From Peptostreptococcaceae bacterium (lineage in GTDB: Bacteria > Bacillota > Clostridia > Peptostreptococcales > Peptostreptococcaceae), in assembly GCA_036647935.1 (NCBI GenBank), contig JAVXJG010000002.1:21308-85307 (forward strand): a stretch of DNA of 64,000 nt, given 5' to 3'. The notes under the pieces are model-generated. The model was given only the letters and a program-made list of their open reading frames with translations. It had not been told where the DNA came from and ran no database searches. Below are positions 1 through 9,833 of this stretch, in pieces (positions within the stretch are counted from its first letter, which is position 1; each line of letters opens with the position of its first letter). Both the position numbers and the translations under genes were made by a program.

Positions 1-110
1 GTAGTGGTCTAGGACTTACAATCACAAAACAAATAATAGATATGCATGGTGGAAGTATCTATGTTGAAAGTGAAGTAAATAAAGGTAGTAAATTTAATAT
101 AATTTTATAA
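1..110 (+). CDS. sensor histidine kinase, C-terminal fragment (5' part lies outside the window)
   Basis: Frame 3 reads SGLGLTITKQIIDMHGGSIYVESEVNKGSKFNIIL*, the G2-box/ATP-lid end of a HATPase_c domain. Stop TAA at 108-110. Confidence 0.8.
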   Translation, partial: SGLGLTITKQIIDMHGGSIYVESEVNKGSKFNIIL

Positions 111-113
111 TAT

Positions 114-148
114 AGTCTCCTCACTTAATCTAGTGGGGAGTTTTTTTA
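114..148 (+). terminator. rho-independent terminator
   Basis: CTCCTCAC-N8-GTGGGGAG stem followed by a T7 run. Confidence 0.7.
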
Positions 149-298
149 TAGACATAATAATCATTAAAAATATTAATAATAACTATAGACATATTAAATC
201 ATTTATTTAATCAAAAGTACCAATAAAAGCAATTTAGTATGATATAATTTTTGCGTATATAATAAAAAATAATTACTACAATTACAAAGGAGTAAATT

Positions 299-1849
299 AT
301 GGAACTATTAAAGGAAATGTTATCAAAAGAGATTCCTCAATTTAGAGAAATAGGACATAAATTTGTCAATAAAGAAATATCAGTAAATGAATTTAAAGGA
401 ATATCAGGTGGTATGGGAGTATATGCACAGCGTGGTGGAGAAAGTTTTATGATAAGACTTAGAATACCATCAGGAATAATGGATGTAACGACATTAAAAA
501 ATGTATATGAAATAGCTAAATCTAAAAATTTAGAGACTATACATCTTACAACGCGTCAAGCAATACAACTTCATGGATTATCTATAGATGAAGTTTGTGA
601 TATTATGGAAGAATGCTTAAGTAAGGATATATATACAAGGGGTGGGGGAGGTAATTTCCCAAGAAATGTGTCGATATCTCCGTTAAGTGGTGTTGATCCA
701 AATGAAGAATTTGATGTTACAGAGTATGCTATGGCAGTGAATCATTATTTTATGGATAGGATAACTACATATAAATTACCTAGAAAATTAAAAGTATCAT
801 TCTCAAGTGGGGTTACTGATACAGGAAACAGCTCTATAAATGATTTAGGATTTATGGCAGTTAAGGAAAATGTAAAAGAATACTTTAAGCTATACATTGG
901 AGGAGGTCTTGGAAAAAATGCTGCAAAGTCTGTAGAGTTTTATGAATTAGTAGAAAAAAAGGATGTATTGTATTACGTAGAAGCTATGGTAAACTTATTT
1001 ATAGCAGAAGGAAACTATGAAAACAAAAATAAAGCTCGTACTAGATATATTGTAGAAAAAATGGGAGAAGAAGCTTTCTTAGAGTGTTATAAAAAACACC
1101 TTAGTGAAGTAAAAGAATCAAAGGAATTAGAATTAGATATAGATAATAAAGTATATAATAAAGAAGGAATAGAGATTGATATAAAACATCCTAGGTTATA
1201 TAGTCAAAAGCAGGATGGATTATATACAGTTTACTATCATCCAATAAATGGACAATTGAGTTTAAATGTACTAAAAATGATATTAGAGATAATAGATGTT
1301 GATAATGATATTGAATTAAGGCTTTCTATGGGAGAAGGCATGTATATAAGAAATTTAAATGGAGAAGAAGCAAAAACATTATTAGAAGCTACTCAAGGTT
1401 TAGGTGGAGAAACTAGATTAGAGCAAAGTATTGCTTGTATAGGTGTTCCGACTTGTCAAATTGGTATAGCAGAAAGTCAAAAGATGTTAGAGTATATCTT
1501 AGATTACTTTAAAGAAAAGAACTTTAATAAAGATATTTTACCTAAGATACATATATCAGGATGTCAAAACTCTTGTGGAACTCACCAAATAGGTAAAATA
1601 GGATTTACTGGTAATAAAAGAAGAATTGATGATGTTATGTATGAAGCATATGAAATTCACGTTGGCGGGAATGTAGAAAAGAATCATACTAAGTTAGGTG
1701 AAGTTTATGGTGATATAAAAGCAGATGATATTTCAGTATTTTTGTATGACTTAGCTACAACTCTAGATAATAAGAATGTATCTTATGAGGATTTTATAAC
1801 TAGCCAAAATAAAGAATTTAGAAATATTATAGATAAATACCTAATATAA
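299..1849 (+). CDS. nitrite/sulfite reductase family protein (siroheme/[4Fe-4S] type)
   Basis: 516 aa. Carries a CX5C...CX3C cluster (CIGVPTCQIG ... SGCQNSCGTHQIG) and a NIR_SIR ferredoxin-like half-domain pattern (RLRIPSG, TTRQAIQLHG). RBS AAAGGAG lies 8 nt upstream. Confidence 0.85.
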   Translation: MELLKEMLSKEIPQFREIGHKFVNKEISVNEFKGISGGMGVYAQRGGESFMIRLRIPSGIMDVTTLKNVYEIAKSKNLETIHLTTRQAIQLHGLSIDEVCDIMEECLSKDIYTRGGGGNFPRNVSISPLSGVDPNEEFDVTEYAMAVNHYFMDRITTYKLPRKLKVSFSSGVTDTGNSSINDLGFMAVKENVKEYFKLYIGGGLGKNAAKSVEFYELVEKKDVLYYVEAMVNLFIAEGNYENKNKARTRYIVEKMGEEAFLECYKKHLSEVKESKELELDIDNKVYNKEGIEIDIKHPRLYSQKQDGLYTVYYHPINGQLSLNVLKMILEIIDVDNDIELRLSMGEGMYIRNLNGEEAKTLLEATQGLGGETRLEQSIACIGVPTCQIGIAESQKMLEYILDYFKEKNFNKDILPKIHISGCQNSCGTHQIGKIGFTGNKRRIDDVMYEAYEIHVGGNVEKNHTKLGEVYGDIKADDISVFLYDLATTLDNKNVSYEDFITSQNKEFRNIIDKYLI

Positions 1850-1952
1850 ATATGTTAAAAAAATACTTATATGGATAAAAAGTTATTTACAGCAAATATA
1901 AATAGTGCTAGAATTATCTTGAATAAAATAGATAACATATTTTGATAACGGG

Positions 1953-2001
1953 GCCATGAAGGTTTCACACATTAAGTGTGTGTAATTTTCATGGCTTTTT
2001 T
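1953..2001 (+). terminator. rho-independent terminator (composite hairpin)
   Basis: GCCATGAA...TTCATGGC outer stem encloses a CACAC-attaa-GTGTG inner stem, followed by T6. Confidence 0.7.
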
Positions 2002-2024
2002 ATTTTTGAATAAAAGAAGAAAGG

Positions 2025-3017
2025 ATGAACTTAAATTTGATAACCAATATACTAAAAAAATTAATTCAGTTTGTATTAGTAATGTTTGCACTATCTTTAA
2101 CTGTATTTTATATGGCAAGATTATCACCAGGAGACCCGTTAATATCTTATTATGGTGAGGGTGTAGAAAGAATGAGTGTAGAGGAAAAGGCAAACGCTAT
2201 AGAAAAACTAGGACTAGATGAACCGATATACGCTCAGTACATAAAGTGGTTATCAAATGCATCTAAAGGTGAGTTTGGTATATCTTTTAAATATAAGCAA
2301 AATGTTAGTGATGTAATAAGTGATGTATATATGAACACTATAATACTTGGTGGATTTGGATACGTATTAACCTTTGCACTCTCCCTGTTATTAGGAATAT
2401 TTTGCGCACTCCATGAAGATAAATTTATTGATAAATTAATTTGTAAACTGGGAACAGTAACCAATAGTATACCGTCATTTTGGATATCATTAATACTAAT
2501 ATTAATATTTAGTGTGAATTTAAAAATACTACCATCAAGTGGAGCCTACTCAATGGGGCAGGAAAATAATATATTAAATAGAATCACTCATTTGATACTT
2601 CCACTTACAGTTATGATATTAAGTCATCTATGGTACTACACATATATTATAAGAAATAAATTAGTAGAAGAAATAAGAGAAGACTATGTTCTTTTATGTA
2701 AATCTAAAGGTATGAGTAGCAGGGCAATTATGTATAAACATTGTTTAAGAAATATAATGCCATCTTATATAAGTACAATGGCAATATCTATACCACATAT
2801 AATAGGTGGAACTTATATAGTAGAGAAAGTTTTTTCATATCCAGGATTGGGGTCATTATCTTTTGAAAGTGCAAAGTATCATGACTATAATATGTTGTTA
2901 GTGCTTTGTTTAATAACTGGAGCATTAGTTATAATTGGAAATATGATTGCCCAGGTTGTAAGCAATAAAATAGACCCACGAATGAAATATGATAGGGGTG
3001 ATGTAGGTGGAGCTTAA
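2025..3017 (+). CDS. Opp/Dpp/Nik-type ABC transporter permease (OppB-like)
   Basis: 330 aa. N-terminal ...MARLSPGDP motif and a BPD_transp_1 pattern. First gene of a B-C-A-D-F operon. Confidence 0.85.
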   Translation: MNLNLITNILKKLIQFVLVMFALSLTVFYMARLSPGDPLISYYGEGVERMSVEEKANAIEKLGLDEPIYAQYIKWLSNASKGEFGISFKYKQNVSDVISDVYMNTIILGGFGYVLTFALSLLLGIFCALHEDKFIDKLICKLGTVTNSIPSFWISLILILIFSVNLKILPSSGAYSMGQENNILNRITHLILPLTVMILSHLWYYTYIIRNKLVEEIREDYVLLCKSKGMSSRAIMYKHCLRNIMPSYISTMAISIPHIIGGTYIVEKVFSYPGLGSLSFESAKYHDYNMLLVLCLITGALVIIGNMIAQVVSNKIDPRMKYDRGDVGGA

Positions 3018-3915
3018 GTATGGTGATTTTGAAATAGTTGGATCAAATTATATTTCAAGAGATGAAGAAAAAATACAAATTAAAAAAAGCATACTTCAAA
3101 AAATAAAGAAAACTCCATATATATCGGTAGCAGTACTACTAATAATAATTCTAGGCTGTGCTTTTTCTTCATTAATAATGAATCATAACCCAACATATAT
3201 GGACTTATTAAATCCTAATGTAGCTCCAAATTCTACATTCTATTTTGGAACTGATTCTATGGGGAGAGATATATACTCTATGATATGGTATGGGGGTAAG
3301 ATATCTTTATTCATAGGAATCGTAGCTACTGCTATATCAACAAGTATTGGAATATTATATGGTAGTATAAGTGGGATGGCAATAGAAATAGTAGATGATA
3401 TAATGATGAGATTTACAGAAATAATTCTTAGTATACCATCTATATTAATAATAATATTTATACAGGCTATAATGGGAAAATCAAATCCATTGTCTATAGC
3501 TATTGTAATTGGAATAACAAGTTGGATGAATATTGCAAAGGTAGTTAGAAGTGAAATTAGGCAAATAAGAAATAGTGAATACATATTAGCCGCAAAAACT
3601 ATGGGAGGGAACTTTATATATATACTAAAGGAACATTTAGCCCCAAACTTTATAGCATCAATAATGTTTATGGTAGTTAGTAATATTGGAGGTGCTATTG
3701 CTACAGAATCTACATTGAGTTTTTTAGGTATAGGTCTTCCTATAGAAATTATATCTTGGGGAAGCATGCTTTCTTTAGCTGATAGTGCTTTGCTTAGAAA
3801 TATGTGGTGGGTAATTCTAATACCTGGAATTTTTTTAGTGGTAACATTGGTCTGTATAACAAATATAGGGAATTACATAAGAAAAAATAGTAACAAAAAG
3901 TCTAGTAATCTATAA
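3007..3915 (+). CDS. Opp/Dpp/Nik-type ABC transporter permease (OppC-like)
   Basis: 302 aa. FGTDSMGRDIYSMIWYG motif typical of OppC/DppC N-termini. Overlaps the upstream gene by 11 nt. Confidence 0.85.
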   Translation: MELKYGDFEIVGSNYISRDEEKIQIKKSILQKIKKTPYISVAVLLIIILGCAFSSLIMNHNPTYMDLLNPNVAPNSTFYFGTDSMGRDIYSMIWYGGKISLFIGIVATAISTSIGILYGSISGMAIEIVDDIMMRFTEIILSIPSILIIIFIQAIMGKSNPLSIAIVIGITSWMNIAKVVRSEIRQIRNSEYILAAKTMGGNFIYILKEHLAPNFIASIMFMVVSNIGGAIATESTLSFLGIGLPIEIISWGSMLSLADSALLRNMWWVILIPGIFLVVTLVCITNIGNYIRKNSNKKSSNL

Positions 3916-3950
3916 AATTTATTTTATAAAAGTACAAGGGGGATAAATTA

Positions 3951-5522
3951 ATGAAAGTAAAAAGAATAAAGGCACTGGCTTTAACTATGGTTTTAAGCCT
4001 TATGGTAGGATGTAGTAGTACAGGTAAAACAGATACTAGTAGTGAATCAGAACAAAATCCATCGACTGACGAAAAAGTATTAGTATATGGAAGTGGAGAT
4101 TATACAAATATAAATCCTGTACTATATGAACATGGGGAAATAAACTCATTACTTTTTAATGGACTTACAGCCCATAATAAAGATAATAAGATAGTACCTG
4201 CTTTAGCAGAAAGTTGGGAATTTGATAAACAAACCAATACATATACATTTAAATTAAGAAATAATGTTAAGTGGCATGATGGAGAAAAATTTACAGCAGA
4301 AGATGTAAAATTCACTGTTGAATCTATAATGAATCCTGATAATGCCTCAGAAATAGCATCAAACTATGAAGATATAACAAATATAGAAATAGTAGATGAA
4401 ACTACTATTAAGATAACTTTAAAAGCACCAAATACAGCAATGCTTGACTATTTAACAGTAGGAATATTACCTAAACATATTTTGGATGGAAAAGATATAG
4501 CAACAGATGGATTTAACCAAAATCCAATAGGAACAGGTCCTTTTAAACTTTCAACATGGGATAAAGGACAAAGTATAACATTAGCAAAGAATGAAGACTA
4601 CTTTGAAAAAGAGCCAGAATTAGATAAAGTAGTATTTAAAATTGTAGAAGATGCAAATGCAAAAGTACTTCAATTAAAATCAGGAGAACTTGATTTAGCT
4701 CAAGTAACACCAAAAGATATAGCTTTATTTGAAGAGAATAAAGATTTCAAAATAAATACAATGACAACAGCAGATTATAGAGGTATACTATATAACTTTA
4801 ATGCTCCACTATTTAAAGAAAATAAAGAGTTACCTAATGCTTTAAGCTATGCTATAGATAGAAAAGCTATAATAGATAGTGTTTTATTAGGAAATGGATA
4901 TTCAGCATACTCTCCACTTCAAGCAGGTCCATACAATAATCCTGATATAGAGAAGTTTGATTATAATCCTACAAAAGCAAAGGAAGAATTAGAAAAATCA
5001 GGATGGACTTTAAATGGGGAAGGAATATATGAAAAAAATGGAACTAAATTATCTTTTGAAATAGTGTGCGGTCAGGGAGACCAAGTTAGAATAGATATGG
5101 CAAATATATGTTCACAACAATTTAAGGAAATTGGAGTAGATGCTAAAGTTGTTATTAATGCAAAAATAGACTGGGCTAATCAAGATAGCTATTTAATTGG
5201 ATGGGGAAGCCCATTTGATCCAGATGATCATACTTATAAAGTATTTGGAACAGATAAAGGTTCAAACTTTAGTTCATACTCAAATACTAAAATAGATGAA
5301 TTACTTCAAAAAGCTAGAGAAACAGAAAATGAAGAAGAAAAATTAAATTATTATAAAGAGTTCCAAGAAGAAATGACTCAAGATATGCCATACACATATA
5401 TAGCTTATATAAATGCTATATATGTAGGTAAGGCAAATATATCAGGATTAACGCCTGAAACTGTATTAGGACACCATGGAGTAGGAATATTCTGGAACAT
5501 AGTAGATTGGACAATAGAATAA
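3951..5522 (+). CDS. ABC transporter substrate-binding lipoprotein, family 5 (peptide/nickel)
   Basis: 523 aa. Lipobox LMVGCSS. SBP_bac_5 signature region (FKLRNNVKWHDGEKFTAEDVKFT). RBS GGGGGA. Confidence 0.85.
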   Translation: MKVKRIKALALTMVLSLMVGCSSTGKTDTSSESEQNPSTDEKVLVYGSGDYTNINPVLYEHGEINSLLFNGLTAHNKDNKIVPALAESWEFDKQTNTYTFKLRNNVKWHDGEKFTAEDVKFTVESIMNPDNASEIASNYEDITNIEIVDETTIKITLKAPNTAMLDYLTVGILPKHILDGKDIATDGFNQNPIGTGPFKLSTWDKGQSITLAKNEDYFEKEPELDKVVFKIVEDANAKVLQLKSGELDLAQVTPKDIALFEENKDFKINTMTTADYRGILYNFNAPLFKENKELPNALSYAIDRKAIIDSVLLGNGYSAYSPLQAGPYNNPDIEKFDYNPTKAKEELEKSGWTLNGEGIYEKNGTKLSFEIVCGQGDQVRIDMANICSQQFKEIGVDAKVVINAKIDWANQDSYLIGWGSPFDPDDHTYKVFGTDKGSNFSSYSNTKIDELLQKARETENEEEKLNYYKEFQEEMTQDMPYTYIAYINAIYVGKANISGLTPETVLGHHGVGIFWNIVDWTIE

Positions 5523-5551
5523 AATTGATTTAAATAGTTTAGAGGTGAAAT

Positions 5552-6577
5552 ATGGGGAGTTTAATAAAAATAAAAAATTTAGATGTTAAAATTAATACTG
5601 AAATAGGAGAAGTACATGCTATAAGGAATATTTCTTTTGACCTAAAAAAAGGCGAAATATTGGCTATAGTAGGTGAATCTGGATGTGGTAAAACTATTCT
5701 TTGTAAAAGTATAATGAGAATATTACCAAAGTCAGCCAATATCAAAGATGGAGAAATTTTGTTAGGAGAAAAAAACTTAATTAAATTATCAGAAAAAAAT
5801 ATGCAGTCAATAAGAGGAAAAGAAATATCTATGATATTTCAAGACCCTATGACTTCTTTAAATCCAACTATATCTATAGGAAAACAGATAATGGAAGCTA
5901 TAACACTTCATGAAAAGTGTAGTAAAAAAGAAGCTAAAAAGAGAACCTTAAATCTTATTGAACTAGTAGGTATAGAAAATCCAGAAGGTAGATTTAACCA
6001 ATATCCTCACCAATTTTCAGGAGGAATGAGACAACGTATAGCTATAGCAATTGCACTTGCGTGTAACCCTAGTGTACTAATAGCTGATGAGCCTACAACA
6101 GCATTAGATGTTACTATTCAATCTCAGATAATAGATTTATTAAAAGATGTCCAATATAAAACTGGGGTTTCTATAATATTTATAACGCATGACCTAGGAG
6201 TAGTGGCGAGCATGGCAGATAGAATTGCTGTTATGTATGCTGGGAAATTTATTGAAATAGGAACAGATGAAGATATTTTTTATAATGCAAAACACCCATA
6301 TACAATAGGACTATTAAAATCACTACCAAATATAGATGAAGATGTTGAGTATTTAGATAGTATACCAGGTATGCCGCCAAATTTATTAGACCCACCAAAG
6401 GGAGATGCTTTTGCAATAAGAAACAAATATGCTTTAAGAATAGATTATATACAAGAACCACCTATGTTTAAAATTAGTGAAACACATAGCGCTGCAACAT
6501 GGCTACTTCACACTGATTCACCAAAAATAGATAGTATAGCTATATCTAAAGGAGGTATTGAGATTTCAAATGAATAG
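5552..6577 (+). CDS. peptide ABC transporter ATP-binding protein (OppD-like)
   Basis: Walker A GESGCGKT, signature FSGGMRQR, Walker B LIADEPTTALD, and an oligopeptide C-terminal extension. Confidence 0.9.
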   Translation: MGSLIKIKNLDVKINTEIGEVHAIRNISFDLKKGEILAIVGESGCGKTILCKSIMRILPKSANIKDGEILLGEKNLIKLSEKNMQSIRGKEISMIFQDPMTSLNPTISIGKQIMEAITLHEKCSKKEAKKRTLNLIELVGIENPEGRFNQYPHQFSGGMRQRIAIAIALACNPSVLIADEPTTALDVTIQSQIIDLLKDVQYKTGVSIIFITHDLGVVASMADRIAVMYAGKFIEIGTDEDIFYNAKHPYTIGLLKSLPNIDEDVEYLDSIPGMPPNLLDPPKGDAFAIRNKYALRIDYIQEPPMFKISETHSAATWLLHTDSPKIDSIAISKGGIEISNE

Positions 6578-7511
6578 AGATAAATTACTAGAAGTAAAAA
6601 AACTAAATAAGATTTTTAACTTAAATAAAAAAACTTCTATAAAAGCCATAGATAATATATCTTTTGAAATATACAAAGGGGAAATATTTGGATTAGTAGG
6701 AGAGTCTGGTTCTGGAAAATCTACTATTGGAAAAACCATAATGAACCTCTATACAGCTACTAGTGGTGAAATAATCTATAGGGGTAAATGTATATCTGAT
6801 AAAAAAGTATATAAAAAAGAAAAAAGTAACATTAATAAAAATATGCAAATAATATTTCAAGATTCTACTTCAGCATTAAACCCAAGAATGACAGTTGGTG
6901 AGATAATAGGTGAACCATTAAAAATACAAAAAATATATAAAGATAAAGAGGAACGTATAAGTAAAGTAAAAGAAATGTTGGATTTAGTAGGTTTGGATAA
7001 TAGTTATATAGATAAATACCCTTCTGATTTTTCAGGAGGGCAAAGGCAAAGAATAGGTATTGCTCGTGCATTATCTATAAATCCAGAATTTATTATAGCA
7101 GATGAGCCTATAGCATCATTAGATGTATCGATACAAGCACAAATAGTAAATTTATTTAAAAAGCTACAAAAAGAAAGAGAAATGACATGTTTATTTATAG
7201 CACATGATTTAGCTATGGTAAGGCATATTAGTGATAGAATTGGTGTTATGTATAATGGTAGATTAGTGGAATTAGCAAGTGCCAAAGACCTATATACAAA
7301 CCCAATCCATCCGTATACGAAGTCATTATTATCGGCTATACCAGTTTTAGACCCAAAAGTAGCAAAGTCCAAAAAAAGAATAGAATATAAAAACGAAATC
7401 GATAGATATGGGAGAGAAGGCCTAAAGTGGATAGAAATAACACCAGGACATTTTGTATTAGGTGAAAATAAAAGATTATATAAATATGAAAAAGAACTAG
7501 AGATAATATAG
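6558..7511 (+). CDS. peptide ABC transporter ATP-binding protein (OppF-like)
   Basis: Walker A GESGSGKST, signature FSGGQRQR, Walker B IIADEPIASLD. The start is ambiguous between TTG 6558 and ATG 6570. Confidence 0.9.
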   Translation: MRFQMNRDKLLEVKKLNKIFNLNKKTSIKAIDNISFEIYKGEIFGLVGESGSGKSTIGKTIMNLYTATSGEIIYRGKCISDKKVYKKEKSNINKNMQIIFQDSTSALNPRMTVGEIIGEPLKIQKIYKDKEERISKVKEMLDLVGLDNSYIDKYPSDFSGGQRQRIGIARALSINPEFIIADEPIASLDVSIQAQIVNLFKKLQKEREMTCLFIAHDLAMVRHISDRIGVMYNGRLVELASAKDLYTNPIHPYTKSLLSAIPVLDPKVAKSKKRIEYKNEIDRYGREGLKWIEITPGHFVLGENKRLYKYEKELEII

Positions 7512-7587
7512 AAACGAAAGACATAGGATAAAATAAGAAACTTTTAATATCTATAATTATATGAAATTATGGGGTAGGGGGATAATC

Positions 7588-8205
7588 ATGGATTGGAAGG
7601 ATTATGCTAAGGATATAAAACTATTTGAAGTTTTCAATAAAGATATTAATCTTATGTCAGAGGTAGATATAGTAGACATAAATAGTTTAAATGAAATAAA
7701 AGACAATATATTTATATACAATGGAAATATAACCAAAATAAATGCAGATGCAGTAGTAAATACAACAAATTATAATATGATAAGTTCTCTAGCAGGGAAA
7801 AGAATAGAGGATGACTGTAGTATTATAATTGACAAACAAGGACACTTAGATTATCCGGGTAGTGCAAAAATAACTAGGGGATATTATTTACCATCGAAAT
7901 TTATAATACACACAGTTGCCCCAATTATAAGAACATCTACTCCAACTAAGGAACAAGAAAAACAATTAAAATCTTGTTATAATTCATGCCTTGATATAGC
8001 AGGTGAAATTGATGAAATAAATACAGTCGTACTACCTTGCATTGCTACAGGAGTACTTGGGTATCCAAAAGAGAAGGCAGCATTAATTGCAGTAGATATT
8101 GTGACAAAATGGATAGATGAAAATCCAGATAAAATATCTAAAATAATATTTAATGTATCTTCAAAAGAGGATGAAGAAATATATATTAATGCATTAAATG
8201 AATAG
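7588..8205 (+). CDS. macro domain-containing protein (divergent)
   Basis: GNITKINADAVVNTTN ... FIIHTVAP ... VVLPCIATGVLGYPKE matches the macro-fold core. ATG 7588 is preferred over 7561 because the GGGGGA RBS lies 5 nt upstream of it. Confidence 0.7.
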   Translation: MDWKDYAKDIKLFEVFNKDINLMSEVDIVDINSLNEIKDNIFIYNGNITKINADAVVNTTNYNMISSLAGKRIEDDCSIIIDKQGHLDYPGSAKITRGYYLPSKFIIHTVAPIIRTSTPTKEQEKQLKSCYNSCLDIAGEIDEINTVVLPCIATGVLGYPKEKAALIAVDIVTKWIDENPDKISKIIFNVSSKEDEEIYINALNE

Positions 8206-8220
8206 TGAAATAAGAATAAA

Positions 8221-8259
8221 AAAGTATGAAAATCTGAAATATGATTTTCATACTTTTTT
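8221..8259 (+). terminator. rho-independent terminator
   Basis: AAAGTATGAAAATC-N8-GATTTTCATACTTT followed by a T run. Confidence 0.8.
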
Positions 8260-8447
8260 GTATTTATCAGCATTTGATATTGTATGATTAAATTTATAGT
8301 TAATAGTTGAATATATCTACATTTCATTGTGATATAAAAATATAATTATACATTGATAATAAATTTATGGAAATATATAATTAAATTAAGGAAAACGTAT
8401 TTTAAGCTGGAAATAGGATTATGAAAAAATATTATAGGGAGAATAAT

Positions 8448-9221
8448 ATGAAAAGAATAGTTAAAATACTTATGCTAATAATAGCTACAGTACTATTATT
8501 AAGCGGATGTAGCAAGAATAAAACTAGAGAATACGTAGAATTAAACATATATGCAGCTTCAAGTTTAAAAGGAGCTATGGCAAAAATAGATGAGGAATAT
8601 AATAAAATACATGAAAATATAAAGTTAGTAATAAATTATGGAGCATCAGGTTCACTACAGAAACAAATAGAGCAAGGTGATGCATGTGATGTATTTATTT
8701 CAGCAGGAAAATCTCAAATGGATATGCTATCAGAACATGGATTTTTACTAGGGGACAAATATGAAGAACTAATAAAAAATGAATTAGTTCTTATAGCATC
8801 TAAAGATAGTGAGTTAAATGATATATATGGTTTGACAGGTGATAAAATTGAAAATATAGCAATAGGCGAACCGAATAGTGTCCCAGCAGGTAAGTATGCA
8901 AGTGAAGTAATATATAATTCTCATTTAACAAATTCATTAAAGCAGAAGCTAGTATTCGCAAAAGATGTAAAAGAAGTTTTTGCATGGGTAAAAGCGGGAA
9001 ATGCTCAGGCTGGATTTGTATATTATAGTGATATACTAAATAGAGATGATATAAAAATAGTAGATGCTACATTTGAAGATCTTCATTCAAAAATAATATA
9101 TCCTATATCAGTTATAAAAGGAAGTAAAAAAACTGAAGAAGCTAAATTATTTGAAGATTTTTTAATTAGTGATAAAGGACAAGATATATTTAAAGAATTT
9201 GGATACAAAACTATAAAATAA
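8448..9221 (+). CDS. modA: molybdate ABC transporter substrate-binding lipoprotein
   Basis: Lipobox LLLSGCS. AASSLKGAM ... YGASGSLQKQIEQG ... DVFISA is the ModA pattern. ATG 8448 is preceded by an AGGGAG RBS. Confidence 0.8.
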   Translation: MKRIVKILMLIIATVLLLSGCSKNKTREYVELNIYAASSLKGAMAKIDEEYNKIHENIKLVINYGASGSLQKQIEQGDACDVFISAGKSQMDMLSEHGFLLGDKYEELIKNELVLIASKDSELNDIYGLTGDKIENIAIGEPNSVPAGKYASEVIYNSHLTNSLKQKLVFAKDVKEVFAWVKAGNAQAGFVYYSDILNRDDIKIVDATFEDLHSKIIYPISVIKGSKKTEEAKLFEDFLISDKGQDIFKEFGYKTIK

Positions 9222-9395
9222 TTTTATTTTTAAGATATAGAGGACATGCATATTTAAGGTATTCCTTAATAAAATATATAGTATATAGATTATCAAGTAT
9301 CTAGCAAATATATTGATACTAATTTGTAATTATATATAGCAATATTATTGTTACAATACAAGTAAAATATTATTCTTATAAAAAGAGGGGTTATT

Positions 9396-9818
9396 ATGAA
9401 GCTAGTATGGTTAATAGTGGCGATACTGTTTGGAATTGGTGAATTGTTGACACCTACTCTTACTCTTGTATGGTTTAGTATAGGTGCTGTTATTCTTATA
9501 TTTTTAAGTAGCTTTGTAGATAGTATATTGGTGCAACTTTTAATATTTGCAATTATATCAATATCTATGTTATTTATAGCTACTAAAAAAATAATTAAAA
9601 AAGATGAAGGTTATCAATATGAAACAAATCTACAAGGTGTTATATCTAAAGGTGGAGTAGTGAAGGAAGATATATTTCCAAATAAACTAGGAATAGTTGC
9701 GGTAGAAGCACAAGAATGGAGTGCAATATCTTTTGATAACTCAATTATAGAAAAAGGAAGTAAGGTGGAAATATTAAAGATAGAAGGGGTAAAGTTAGTA
9801 GTAAAAAAAATTAATTAA
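9396..9818 (+). CDS. NfeD family membrane protein
   Basis: 140 aa with two or three N-terminal TM helices and a C-terminal OB-like beta domain. Sits immediately upstream of an SPFH gene, the classic pairing. Confidence 0.75.
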   Translation: MKLVWLIVAILFGIGELLTPTLTLVWFSIGAVILIFLSSFVDSILVQLLIFAIISISMLFIATKKIIKKDEGYQYETNLQGVISKGGVVKEDIFPNKLGIVAVEAQEWSAISFDNSIIEKGSKVEILKIEGVKLVVKKIN

Positions 9819-9833
9819 TAAGGGGATGAGTTT

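Noticed and set aside
1972-2193. ORFs at 1972-2193 (-) and 1976-2158 (+) between the reductase and the first permease.
   Set aside because: They span the terminator hairpin and overlap the well-supported OppB-like start at 2025. They have no RBS.
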